Origin: Psilocybe cubensis
Taxonomy: Eukaryota
Length of the DNA: 64,000 nt
Reading direction: 5' to 3'
Assembly: GCA_017499595.2 (NCBI GenBank)
Contig: CM039002.1
Coordinates: forward strand, 186,001-250,000
Every line of letters begins with the position of its first letter. Within the stretch, counting starts at the first letter, position 1. Made by a program: the position numbers and the translations under genes. Under the pieces are notes generated by a model. It was not told where the DNA came from. It made no database searches and saw only the letters and a list, made by a program, of their open reading frames with translations. This document shows positions 25,247-37,607 of this stretch, in pieces.

Positions 25247-25625
25247 TGTTTTTTCTTTTCTTTCTTCTTTGCTTTTCATTTTCCGGGGTGTATTATCTTT
25301 GCATGGGTTATGTGTATTGTTGTCCAGACTCACCTTTCCTGCTGAACGTGGACTGTCGGCTCGGTAGTGGCGGTCGATACCATAAAGAAGGCCTATGTCT
25401 GAAGCGCGCCCTTTATGTGGCCCGTGCGTGTCATTGAAAGGCCGGTGCTTTTCAGTGCGTGCCACCACGCCACTCATGCCACATTGTTCTTTCAGTATAA
25501 AAAGTGAACTGGAAGTGTCACTACAATGTCTACCAGTCGAAGTCTTATCAGTTTTCATCATCACATCTCACTTTATCTGAACGTTCTATATCACAGACTA
25601 CGACTAGCCACTTTCTATATTTTCT

Positions 25626-26986
25626 ATGGACATGCCTGCGTTCCTTCGGAGGATAAATGTGAATTACACTCATGATATCGGCCTCGACCAGGACAGCGAC
25701 AGTGAGCCCAGTCGAACTCGGACTCATACTCCTATTGCTATTGCTATACAACCCCAATCTCCGCTCCAGTCACAATCCCAAGCTCAAGTCCAAGCCCCAA
25801 ACCAAAATCAAAATCAAGCCCAATCCGCAAACCCAAACCCAAACCCAAACCCAACCCACACCATCACCCGTTCCAACACACTCTGGTTCGAAGATGGCAC
25901 CATCGTACTCCAAGCTGAGTCGACACAGTTCAGGGTGTACCTCGGTCTCTTGTCTCTGAACTCCAAGCACCCTGTGTTCCACGGGGAACAGCCCGGACCG
26001 GGATTGCAATACGGTGTGGATGAGGTAGAAGGGTGCCCTGTGATGACGGTCAATGGGACAGCGGAGGACTGGGAGCAGGTGTTGTTGACGATTCATCACT
26101 GGCACTACAAGTATGTATCGTATTTTCTTTTCCTACATGTAATGAAGCCTAACGTCGTTGAACATTCGCAGTGACTTCAGCGCGGCCCCCCACTTCTACC
26201 CGATCTACACCCTCGTCTCGCTGCTCCGAGTCGGCCACGTGTACCAGTTTGACACTGTCGTGTCTGTAGCGGTCAGGGTCATGAAAGAGCTCTTTTCATG
26301 CAACCTGGAGGACTTTGACGCTGCGGCGAAGCCACCAACGCTCTGGCTGCGGCACTCGGACAACTACCCTTACGGGTGGCAGATGGAGGTCATCAACGTC
26401 GCGCTCGAGGTGCCCGGTCTGATGTCCATCCTTCCATCTGTGTACGTGCTGTGCCTCCAGGATCTCGGATTGGTACGTCTTCCGTCTATCAGGCTGTTAT
26501 TTTAGTAAAAGCATCTGTGTGTTTGTGGACAATTTACAGGACGTGATCTTCGACGGCATCGAGTGCCACGGCGCCAAGCGGATCGAGCTTTCACACGCCA
26601 CACAGGCGACGCTCGCCAAAGCGCGCGAGCAAATCGTGCACGCGTCGATCAACGCGCTGCTCCTGACCCCGCTCGTGCTCCCCAACTTTGCGTACCAGTG
26701 TGGGGACCTGCAAGGGTGCCTCGTGAAGCGCAACATCGCGCTCAACCGCCGCGCTGCCGAGATCCTCGCCACGTTTGCAGAGAATGGCGTCAAGGACAAC
26801 GGGTTCTGCGCGTATTGCCAGCAGATTGTTGATCGGCGCACGCAGGAGGGGAGGAAGACGATGTGGGCGCGTCTTCCGTCGTTCTTTGGCTTGCCAGAGT
26901 GGCATGTGCTGAAGGAATTGGATGAGCGGTCCGGGCGGAGTCTTTCGTCGATGGCGTCGACGGCGAGCAGTGATGCTGGTCGCTAG
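25626..26986 (+). CDS. BTB/POZ-domain protein (3 exons)
   Basis: LWFEDGTIVLQAESTQFRV..VEGCPV..EDWEQVL; LLRVGHVYQF; C-terminal C..C..GRKTMWARLPSFFGLPEW. Confidence 0.88.
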
Positions 26987-27105
26987 TTTATGGTTTGTGA
27001 AAAAACGCAGGTCAGTATTTCTGGTACTTCCTTACTTAAATCGATTTTACGTTCAATTCAAAGTAACATTAATAATCATTAAATTTGCAATGACATGTCT
27101 GCATA

Positions 27106-28500
27106 TTAGGCACATCTGATCTCAGTGCGTAGTGATAACTTTACGCCTGAGAGTTTACGCAGTCCCGAAAAATAGACAGGATACACAAATTTCTGAATGC
27201 CTTCCGCCAAGTGACTTTCATCCTCTACCCATTCTCCTGCTGAGGGGATTTCACCCTGTGTTGCATGTGTGATGACGAGGACGTTCACCTCCTTCAGTTT
27301 TGTAAACCGCATGGGTGTTTCAGCTGGAGCTAAAAGTCTGTCCAGCGCTCCCCAGTCCCCACCGAAGTTCCATTGGTAATAATTAAGCTTGTAATGCAAT
27401 GACAGCGTAATATCGAGATGCTCGAGTTCTGTGAGGTGTCTCAAGTCTCAATAGACCACTGACGGCACAAATGCCCTGGTAAGGATCGTCGAAGGTCCAC
27501 TGAACCCAGAGGTATTCTGTGAGTGTCAAAGAAAGGCTGCGAAGTGTATTGTGCGATAAAGGGCTTAGGTAGTGTAGGGGCATCAAGAATGTTCCAATCG
27601 TGAGTTCACGCTTTGCATTTGAGACAATAAGCATTAGGGAGAACAAGAACGTCAGACTGTGCTACTCACCTTCAAACGCAAGTCTCTGGAGGCATCTTTG
27701 TTGTGAAAGCAAAGCGAAAGCAGGGATAATGTCGAGAGAATGGTCTATGCAGATATCCAAGCTTTCGAGCTCAGAAAGGGATAACGCAGGTATGCGTAAC
27801 CAATCTGGAGGGATAGGATTCATCATGACATTTCTCTCAGAGAAAGTCATCGCTTCATATCTGACTGACTTGACGCTGTTCAGCTTGTCTGTTCCAGTGA
27901 CAGTCCTGCAGAAGGAGGATATCAGGCATGGACAATAGTCGCAACTGTGGTTGGTACGTACTTCTTTTCATCACTTTCTCTCTGTTCAGGACACCTGACC
28001 AAAGACAGGCGTGTCAAGGGGGTCGTTGGGGTATGCATTAAGTGTAATCTGTGGAGCTTGAAGGAACGTAACTCTTCGATATCAAATGGAAAGTTTCTGC
28101 CTCCGTCTACAGTGAGACACTGGAGGTTGGAATTGGTGGCCATACAAATGATTGCTGCTTGAAGCGAGGGCGAATAGTTATCGAAGTAGCTCTCTTGATC
28201 ACCTTGCTTCATATTAATGTGTAGTTCAACGACATTTTGAAGCATTTTCAATGCTTGAATGACGTCCCTGGTTCTATCATCATAGTCGTCGCCCGGGGTG
28301 TACTCGAGTACTTTGACATACTTTGCGAGATGAGGGCTGGTGCGTAAAAGCTGACAAAGCGTAGCCGTGTTGTTTGGGTTGGGATGAGAGATTCCCCGTG
28401 ACGAAGAACGAGGTGGTTTAAGAGTAATTTTGTAGAACAGTTGCTTTTGGCATCGGGGTACGAAGCTTCGGGAAACAAGACAACAAGCTTTGATATCGCG
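27106..28500 (-). pseudogene. F-box-like/leucine-rich gene remnant: 5' end lost, frameshift at 27438-27451
   Basis: RDIKACCLVSRSFVPRCQKQLFYKITL..LLRTSPHLAKYVKVL is the second half of an agaricomycete F-box, immediately preceded by an in-frame TGA (28501-28503) with no start. C-terminus has LEHLDITL..DWGALDRLL..F.KLKEV. A 7-bp tandem duplication shifts the frame. Confidence 0.75.
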
Positions 28501-30496
28501 TCAGCACTTTTGCCCGCCGTGTTGGATTACAGCTGATTTGGAGAGTAGACCGCGAGTCAGCGATTCATTAGTTATCGTTTGCAGAGAGTAACGTAACCCT
28601 CCTAGTCAAAAATGATTGAAATACACATTCGGAACCGACCCAGTTATGTAATCCCCTTCTGTCAAATGTACCTTTTTGCTCGATGTCTCCGATGTTTGGG
28701 AAATAATACAGGAGGCCACACAGACGTTGAACAGGCGTATCGGAACATATTTCTATGGTACTTTCTAAGTTACAATAAATGGTGTTAGCTTATTTAAATT
28801 TTATTGGCTGACATCTACTTTCTATCCATGCACGATGGAAGTCTTATAGAAAAGGTCATTGATGAGCACGGCGCCACTATGCTCACGGAAACGCGCGCGC
28901 GCTGATGCAATTTCTGTTATTTTCCTTTTATTTACAGATGTTTTTCCTTCATAGAATATTCTAGCACTGATCTCAGGGACTAAACTCCTGGCCGGCTAAA
29001 GGTGTTAGTGGGGTATACTAGGGAATACTGAGTTTGAAATTTGTACCATTTATGGTAATCACGTGCCATCTTTATTCCGGTTTCTCGCACTTCAACACGC
29101 TTGACAAGAGGCGTCATTGAGCTCATTTGCCTCGTTCACGGCACATAACATGTAAATAAGGATATGAGTATATTATATAGTAGTATATATACAATCAAAA
29201 TTAACACAAGACACTAAAATCACTGTAAACTTGATGTGCAACCTAAATGACTAGTGGATTTGAATGATTTTGAACATCACCATCTCTTCATCTTCAAACT
29301 AATACCATGGAGCAGCAGAACATTTTATTATGGAAGACATATGCATTATCTTATAAACGAGAAAAAAATTAATTCAGCTTTACCAATAGAAGTGTAAGTA
29401 CTACACTCTCATCTCTAAAAATATTCACAATCTTATCATTGGGGACATATATCTAAGCGGCTATTCATCTAAGCGACTATTCCCGTCCTAAAAGAGGTAA
29501 AATCGCAAATAAAGGGTCCCAAAATTTGATATGCGAGCATCTAAGCGAGTATTCAGCGCCGCAGGCAAGAAAAAAGTAGACCATAACGATCTCGGGCATG
29601 CCCGTTTTCTTATTGCGCATCATTATTTTATTGACTGGGGGTATTGGGATATGGTACGAAAATCCCCCCTCTTTTTCTCCCTTTCCTTCTCCTTTTTCTT
29701 TTTTCTTTTTTCTTTATTTTTTTATTTTCCCCCACAAACACCAGTATCGGGCCAAACTCCTATTCCAAGACTTCGTAGTACTTAACAACTACGTACACAA
29801 TTAATAAGAAACTTTTGGATTCCCCTCTCGGATTTTGTCTACGTCTCGCTCTCGCGCGCGCCCTCGTCGTCTTGTCCCCTGCGGTGATTCGAAGCTAGCG
29901 TGGTAGCTTGCACCGCTGTCTCCTCTCGTCGCGCTCCGCTTCGTTTTGTTTCGCTGTCGTTTGGCTAGAAGCCGTGTGGAGCACGCTCGCTCACACACGC
30001 GTTCTGCGAGTCTTGTAGGTGTTGTTGGGTTGTTTCCCACGCCCTCAGGAGCTCGTTGAGCGTATCATCATTTAATTTCAGAAATCCTGTGCTTGAGTAA
30101 TCGGATGTACGGCGCTTTGTTACTACAGCGCCGGTAGGCAGTCACATTAGTGGCGTCATGACGAAGATTCTATCTCGATGAATGGACAGCCGTTGCCGAT
30201 CAGATCTCATCGGGGTATGGGTGTTTTCCTGTTGTACGGTCATTTGAACGATTCTATGAATATTCCGGTTACTACTGAATTCTCAGGGCTTGTTAAAACA
30301 GTCGGTCCGAGACAACAAGCACTATAATTTATGCGAAGATGTACGAAATAACAAGATGTTGGTCTATGATGTGCATAACAGATCAAAACAATGCAAATAA
30401 GTTACTGAAAGCTATAGTGAAATGATGCAACAAGTCCTCATAAATAAAAGTTCTCTTAAATATCCTGACAGTAAGCGAAAAATGAGATGAATGTGT

Positions 30497-33187
30497 TCAA
30501 GTACCATCTTTCAAGAAGTCCGCCACTGTTTTAAATGTGAATATATATATCAATTTTTGGCACAAGCTATTTCTTACCTTTCTCTCCAATAACGTAGGCA
30601 ATGGCTGTGTATCAATGATAAGTAACCTAACCAGTGTAGTCAAGAAAGCTTACTTTGAGGATGAGTCGCGATATGAATGGGAATTACGGAAAGGTCGGCG
30701 ACGCGTAAATTAGTGATACCATACACCTTAAAACACAACCATTAGTATTGATCATGCGTACTATTGTAATGTCACATACCTTCAACCGTGGATTTACGAC
30801 CCCGTTCTTGCTACGGGGAAGCATAGAGCAGGTGCCAACGGCGTCTGTTTAAATGAGTTATGTCTTGAAATTGTTTTCAAAAAGTTGATCTTACGTCCTC
30901 CGTTAGAAACATTATTCTTCAAATACTCTGCATTCCAATAGATATTTATCATTATCTGGAAACCATTCCAAGAGTACTCGTCGACCTTACCTCGAATCTG
31001 AGAGTCTGTTTGGCAGGCAGGTCCAGGCAGTATCTCCCGGATAACGTTCGACTTCAGCGGCTCAACCTCCATAATTCTGCGGCTGAACTTGAAATTTTGA
31101 ACCAAGATCTCAAGATCTGGTATATTTTAGTTGTGGGACAATGGATACGCCTAGGAGCAAAGACTCACCAACATCGCTTTCAAGGTGATGGGGGTCAATC
31201 ATAGGGCTTTTGGTCGGGTCGGTGCTGATAGCATGCTGAGTATGACTTCAGTGTTAATTAAATCATTAAATTTATGAGTAGAAACATACAATAGAACCTC
31301 TTGAAATGGGGTGATTTAGATAGCTTCCAAAACTGATATATCTCTTGCCCGGAGTCGTCGGAGCTAGTAGTCAAATTTAAATCGAGAAAAAACAACGTAG
31401 GACGATTGCCGCACCTCCCGGCGTTGATCCTGGCCATAGGATAATTTCACAGTCAGGTATAGTGTCGTCCCGGAGGGCAGCTACCTGAAGGCTGAGTTGT
31501 TCTAGTTGGCCAGGTGCTAGCGTTCCCTGCCTCACTTGCAGATCGATTTCACGCTCGGCCCTCTTCACCACTGCTGCTGATGCACGTGGATTGACCTTTT
31601 GCAACGGGAAGTATACGAATGAGGAAAGAGAATTGCGGTAAATGCCCATGCCACGGGAGCTGTTGATTAAAAATAAAGGTTTGAAATTATTATGTATAAA
31701 ATGGTGGAAACACCCAACTAGAGAGCCCTTGCATTAGCGGCGTATTTAGGATCTTTGAGGAGATCAAGCGTCTCGTGCGATGTTCGTGGATCCAGTTCAT
31801 AAGGACCGAGTGTGTTCATTAGATGCTCCTGAAGGTTCTCTCCGACACCGGGCAGAGCAACCTGCATTTTGACGCCTAGGTTTGCAAGCACAGCGGGATT
31901 TCCAACACCCGAAAGTTCCAGTATCTGAGGTGACTTGACTGCTCTTGAAAGACGGTTTAATTAATACAATTACATGGATTGAATAACATTTCGGAGATCT
32001 TACCCTGCACATAACACGACCTCTCGGTCAGCTTTTATACGATATATACGTCCACCACACAAGAATTCCACGCCGCTTATTGTCCTGTCCTGACCTGTAC
32101 GTGCGGGTTGAAAAAGAACACGGGATACCAGTGCTTGAGTTAAAACCTTGATAAGAAGTTGTAAGAAGTTAAGCATATAACATTACTGTATTTGCTCACG
32201 AATAGGTTTCCTCGATTGATGTTGGGTAATAGGTATGCTGATACGGACGAACAACGAGTCCAGGTGTCAGGGTCAAGATTTGCAGTAGCCATCCATGACC
32301 CATTAATCTATACATCACTATTGTTTCAATTATCTTGATTAGATGCTCTGTATGATGTACTCACATCTCCACCATACGGATCGTGTTGGGAGTTTAGACC
32401 AATGTTGCGCATAGTTTGCTGAAAGACCCTATCCAACGTATGGAAGTGTGGCGCAATAGTGACTTGCACAGGCCCTGATGAGCCTCTATTTCTAAGGTCT
32501 ACCGAATGTGGATATTTATCTGTTACCTCAGGAAGTGGAGATCGAAACCTGGGGAAAAAATTATTGTATCCCGTTAATTGCTGCCATAAATATGTCAGGG
32601 AAAGGTGGACGCACGTCTCAGACTTTTTTGAATACTTGACAAAATCATCCCAATTCCACCCAGGGTTTCCTAGCCTTTCTATTGCATCCACATCCTTTGC
32701 TGGTGGTCTGGTCCAGGCGTAGAAATTTATTGTAGAGGATCCACCTCAAGTAACCATGAGTTAAAACATCGAATTGGATACAGATACGCTTTACCTAGTC
32801 CCTTTCCTCGACTCCACATAATTTCTCTATCGTTGACGTGCCTCTGTTTCACGGTTGAAAATCTCCAATCATACTGGCATTTCTAATAAGATTACGCAAT
32901 AAAATTTTTACTCGAAAAGTACCTTGGGATCGCCTAATGTGCAACCGAATTGGCCAGGAATATCTATTTTTGGGTCGCCGAGGTTCGCACTCCCTGCCTC
33001 CAATACAAGAACCGACTCGGAGGGATTTTCGGAAAGGCGAACAGCAGCAGTCAAGCCTGCAGTCTGGAGAAAGCCTGGATTAGTCGCTTAAGCAGTATGG
33101 GTGGAAGAAGAAACCACATACTCCTCCTCCAATAACTATGTAGTCGTAGGACTTGAGGACAGCTGCCTCAGCAGTGACGAATGGCAT
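30497..33187 (-). CDS. GMC oxidoreductase (CAZy AA3, His/His type, no obvious signal peptide)
   Basis: YDYIVIGGG|TAG, VLVLEAG, RGKG|LGGSSTINF, GNPGWNW, AVKSPQILELSGVG, LPGVGENLQEH, HAVGTCSMLP, VYGITNLRVADLSVIP..THPQ..YVIGEK across many short introns. Confidence 0.95.
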
Positions 33188-35271
33188 TCTATGCAAAACG
33201 TCCGAAAGTTATGAGTCTATATGAGAGAACAGGAGACCTAGATTCAGACTCCTTTTATTCGAATCAAAATTCCCCTGGCATTGATCCACCGTGGATGGAG
33301 GTCAACCCGAATGGGGTTAAAAAGTTGCCGAGTGACCTGGTTGAGTTAAAGATATACACATTGCATGTCCTTAATGTTGATATTATAGACTTCCCACCAA
33401 ATATAGCAACCAAAGCACTTCCTTCACTGTTGTTTTGTTCAGTGTTTCACACATGCCGATTTCGCACCGATGGAGACGTAACGTTATAGGCTCAAATGAT
33501 GATACCGAGCAAAATTCACTCGTATATCAAGGATGCCTTATTACCATTCGAGCTTGAACCGTAAATAAAATGACGTGCGAAAATTGAATCAATGAAAATA
33601 ACCATGACATGCTGGATTCGCAACAAATCGATTGCACTTACGGCTGTTGAAATTTCGGTACATTGCAATCGATGTACCTCACCTCCCAATAGTTCATTTT
33701 CGGGCATCTAGGAAATGATCGATGTCGCACATTAACAATTTTTGTAGTTCCACCAGTAATACTGGCCACCGTTCACAGTAGTTCAATGAGCAATTGTATC
33801 CGGGATGGAGATCCACATCCACTTTCTGCTATCTGAAGCTTGATAATTGATAGTTTGTTACTCGGCGAAGCGTGATGCCGAGAACTGACAGATCGGCCTT
33901 GAAATCATTTCATGAAACAAAGATTATCAGACACTGTACGTATGCTATACATTATCAGAGGTATACAAATATCTGATGGGAACGTTATGATAGGTTCAAC
34001 AGTCTCGGAGTTATGAGTTGGTGTGACTTAATTATTTGTGTATATGGGCCATAGCACCGCGAGACAACGAAGCCAAGGATAAAAGGAAAAACTCCCTACT
34101 GATAATCTGGAAGATTCATAGAAATTCGGAAGGCTGATGAAGGGACCCTCTAAAATAATGCTGTACTGATAATTTCCGTCAAGTTTTTATGATACTTCTC
34201 AGGTTGTGTTGGATAAACGTTATTTACAAACGACAGGAAAACGCCGTTTTCCTTCGGTCGGGATGTTAAATTGATCTTAGGCAATTCTATTAAACCTTAG
34301 TAACTCTGGGACCGATCACTAACTGCTCTTCCAACTGAAATTGTGATACTCATAACGATAACCCTATCGTTGCTTTCCGGATAAGCGCAACCCACTTCAA
34401 ACTCACTAAAGCTTTGCCCCTTTCTGCATGTAAGCAGGCGGTTAAGGCGGTTCATTTGGATCTCAGTCGCCCACAGTCAACTAATTGCATAATATGGCGT
34501 GTCTTTCTAAATTGAGCGCCTAGCTATTGAGCCTGAGATTATATCTTCGGAGCCTTTAGAATTGTCAGATCATTGTGGTGCTAACACGGCTGTGGATATC
34601 TCTGGTGATCTGTCGGATATGTCCGATTTGCTTCAAGGAGCATTGAAGTATTTTTTGGTATATAGTTATGATTATAGGCCACCGTGTACATATTGCATAT
34701 CTAATATGACACGCCGGTGGTCTTTACACACAAAGAGGTTGCTTAGTTCCATCGCGCACTAAACAAAATCACGGTTAAGAAATTAGCTGTTCTGACCTGA
34801 AATAGGGAGAGTTCCCAAGTACCTATGCAATATGACGTGCGAATTGAACTCATGTGTTCAGAATTATGTGACTTCAGCTATTTTCAGGTTCCACGATTTC
34901 GGATAAGTCGATTCATATCTGGCTGTTATCGCAGTATCTAAAAATAGATCTACTGAGGCTACTCTGATAAGCTGGACTCTCCAAATATTACACCTAATCA
35001 CTTCCGAGATCTGATATAATATCTACTGACTGTCCGGCCATATTAACAGTGTCGGTGGAAGAAGAACTCCAATTGAAGATAGTCAGCGTTTAAGTAGAGT
35101 GATTCATCAGTGACAATTACTCTTTTTACCACTGGAGTGATCTAGTATACCATCGAGGAAATCTACAATGGGAATGTGTTCGTTATGGATGCAGCGGGTT
35201 ATTTGTATATACTGTAATAACTGTAAATTATTTTAGAATAATAAAATGTCACTTTATTACTTTTCTTCACC

Positions 35272-36790
35272 TCAAACATCCTGTAAATAAAATGGCGCCC
35301 AAATCATGTATTTACCCCAAGTGCACTCCTTGCCCCATCCCAAAGAGCGAGGGTAGAGTTCGAGCATGTTTTCTAAGAATTTTGTGATGTGTATGCTGAA
35401 ATCCGAGCTTGTCGCGTACAAAGAATGATGCGATGGGATAGCACAAAGTCTTTCTATCAACTCTTGAATCAAAATTTCCCTATGGTCATCTCCTGGTAAG
35501 GATGGTCCCTGTAAAATGGCAGCATTTAAGAGCTTTTGACACGCGCTTTCCGCGCTTGTCGCGAGTTCACCATGGTTGAGATTCATTTCCCAGTCAACTT
35601 GATAGATTTATCTGATGCGCTGCTACTCACAGAAACTAATCCGACACATGAAGCAGAAATATTTCCATGATTTAACCCATCAGTACGGTGCATTTCCGCT
35701 TCTTACCAAGAAGTCGCACACCGTCACCATAGACTCAGATGACAATGTCAGATACGCTCTGATTTTTTAACGTAAATGTGTACAGAAAATGCTAATACAA
35801 TCTCCAGTTCATTCTCAGTTTGTCTAAACTACCGATGTGAGTAGTTGCGAAATGTACCTATGTGACGCTAACTTGGAAGAAAGTGGCATGGTGTTTCAAG
35901 GTGGTGATCATTTTCTAATCTTAGTTATAATATAGTTATCAGGACTTCTGGCACGGAGTTATCTTACATTGAATCCGTGTCTGTTAGGCTGACCGAGGTA
36001 GCAGGCCACCTCCCACAAAGTGTCTCAGGGATTCGCAGCAGCATCAGAGTACATGCCGAACTCTTGCCGAATGATTATTAAGGAAATAATTTGATGCTTA
36101 CTGCCTTTTTTGGAGCCGTGCGTGGATCCGCGTACACAAATTCAATCTCCGTTTGCGGGCTCTGACACTCATTTCGAGGGTGCGTTCACCTAGTGGGAAT
36201 GCTTCCAGTAGGAGAAGAATGTTACCCTGAAGAATCTTTGCAGAAATCAATGAGGTAAATCATTGTAACGATGTTAGCGGAGTGCTTCAGAATACGACGG
36301 TCAATCAATCAAAAAATACTACCCAGAAGCACACACCCGTCCAGCTCGCTGCTGGCTTCGCTGAGATCATGGTGCTCGGGCACATCGTCGGGGAGGTTGT
36401 GTGATGCAAATCAGGGGCATTAATGGCTGATCGTGATTAATTATACCAAAATCAATCAAATATTTCGCAGAAAGATGTCACCCGGTACGAGCAAGCGAAT
36501 GCAAATCCACTGGGGTAGAAACCTTCTGAAGTCCCAGATTGAACATATCCTCAATGTTATTTACACTAGACTCCAGACCCAAAAAGACTGAGCACAGCTT
36601 TCGGCTGGAACACATTGGAAAGTCCGATCGAGAGTTTGTCAGCCAACTTGTGTGCTTGTTTGCTCGTAGATGGTCCGTATAGTTGTCCAACAGGATTTGA
36701 AGAGCTATTTCACGTGAGGTTTATCAGAGCTTGGCACAGCTTCCGGGTAGCGCTCGTGAAGAGTCGCATAAAAATACGTAAGGCTCTGTG
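35272..36790 (-). pseudogene. Possible degraded gene remnant, family unknown
   Basis: Protein-like segments (REIALQILLDNYTDHLR; REILIQELIERLCAIP..KFLENMLELYP) and splice-like motifs, but stops and frameshifts prevent a continuous model. Confidence 0.3.
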
Positions 36791-37607
36791 TTAAAAGGTA
36801 AGATGACCAGTCACTAGTGACATCGGGCCCTGAACTCCGTGAGCAATCGTATGTCAAACTTTAGGGGCCTTGATCTCAAAGTCTCAGAGCAAACACACCA
36901 TGTGGGTTTCATTGGCAGTGAGCACTAATGCAAAACCGGACAAGATATCGACCCATTTGAGGCTGGGTTTCGACAGGACTGATCTTGTGAAATGTTAGGT
37001 ACATATTATACACATACATATCATTGCCGGTGTTCATTGTTCAATGCATGGGATGCTGAGATATATAAAAAGTGAAAAGATGAACGAAACTGCAGAGTAT
37101 CTACACGATTAAACCGAAGAAAACCCTTCACAGAGTGCAATAAAATGAGGTTTAGTCGTTATGTAACAATCTAAAACAAAGAAAATAGAAGAAAAGAACG
37201 AAAAATAATATTGAGTGCACCCCTGTTCGCACAGAAGCATACTCCATACTCCATCTTTTTCGGTGATGAGATCCACAGATAGGGCGTTAATCACGGTATA
37301 CTGAGTGCCATATGTCTGCATCTGTAGAGATGAGCAGTCGGATCAGACGAAGAAGAAGAAACCGAAGTCCACATCCGTTATCTCTATCATCCACCTACTA
37401 GTTTTACAATTCCTCGTCTCCCCGTATTCCCCATATTCCCACAGCGGCTTCTATCGATTCACTATGGTGAGAGGACGCCCATAATTACACTTGTAACATG
37501 ACCGTCTCGTCCGACTTCTCCTTTTCTTCTTCATGGGCGCTTCGACGATGACCCGCAAAAAATTCCAGATTTTGCTTTCTAGTCGGAAGCACAAAGCTTA
37601 CAATGTT

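Noticed and set aside
18583..25564. Many overlapping and antisense ORFs inside RCY1 (likewise within 37533-41663)
   Set aside because: Shadow ORFs of low-complexity coding sequence and intron read-through; no independent protein features.
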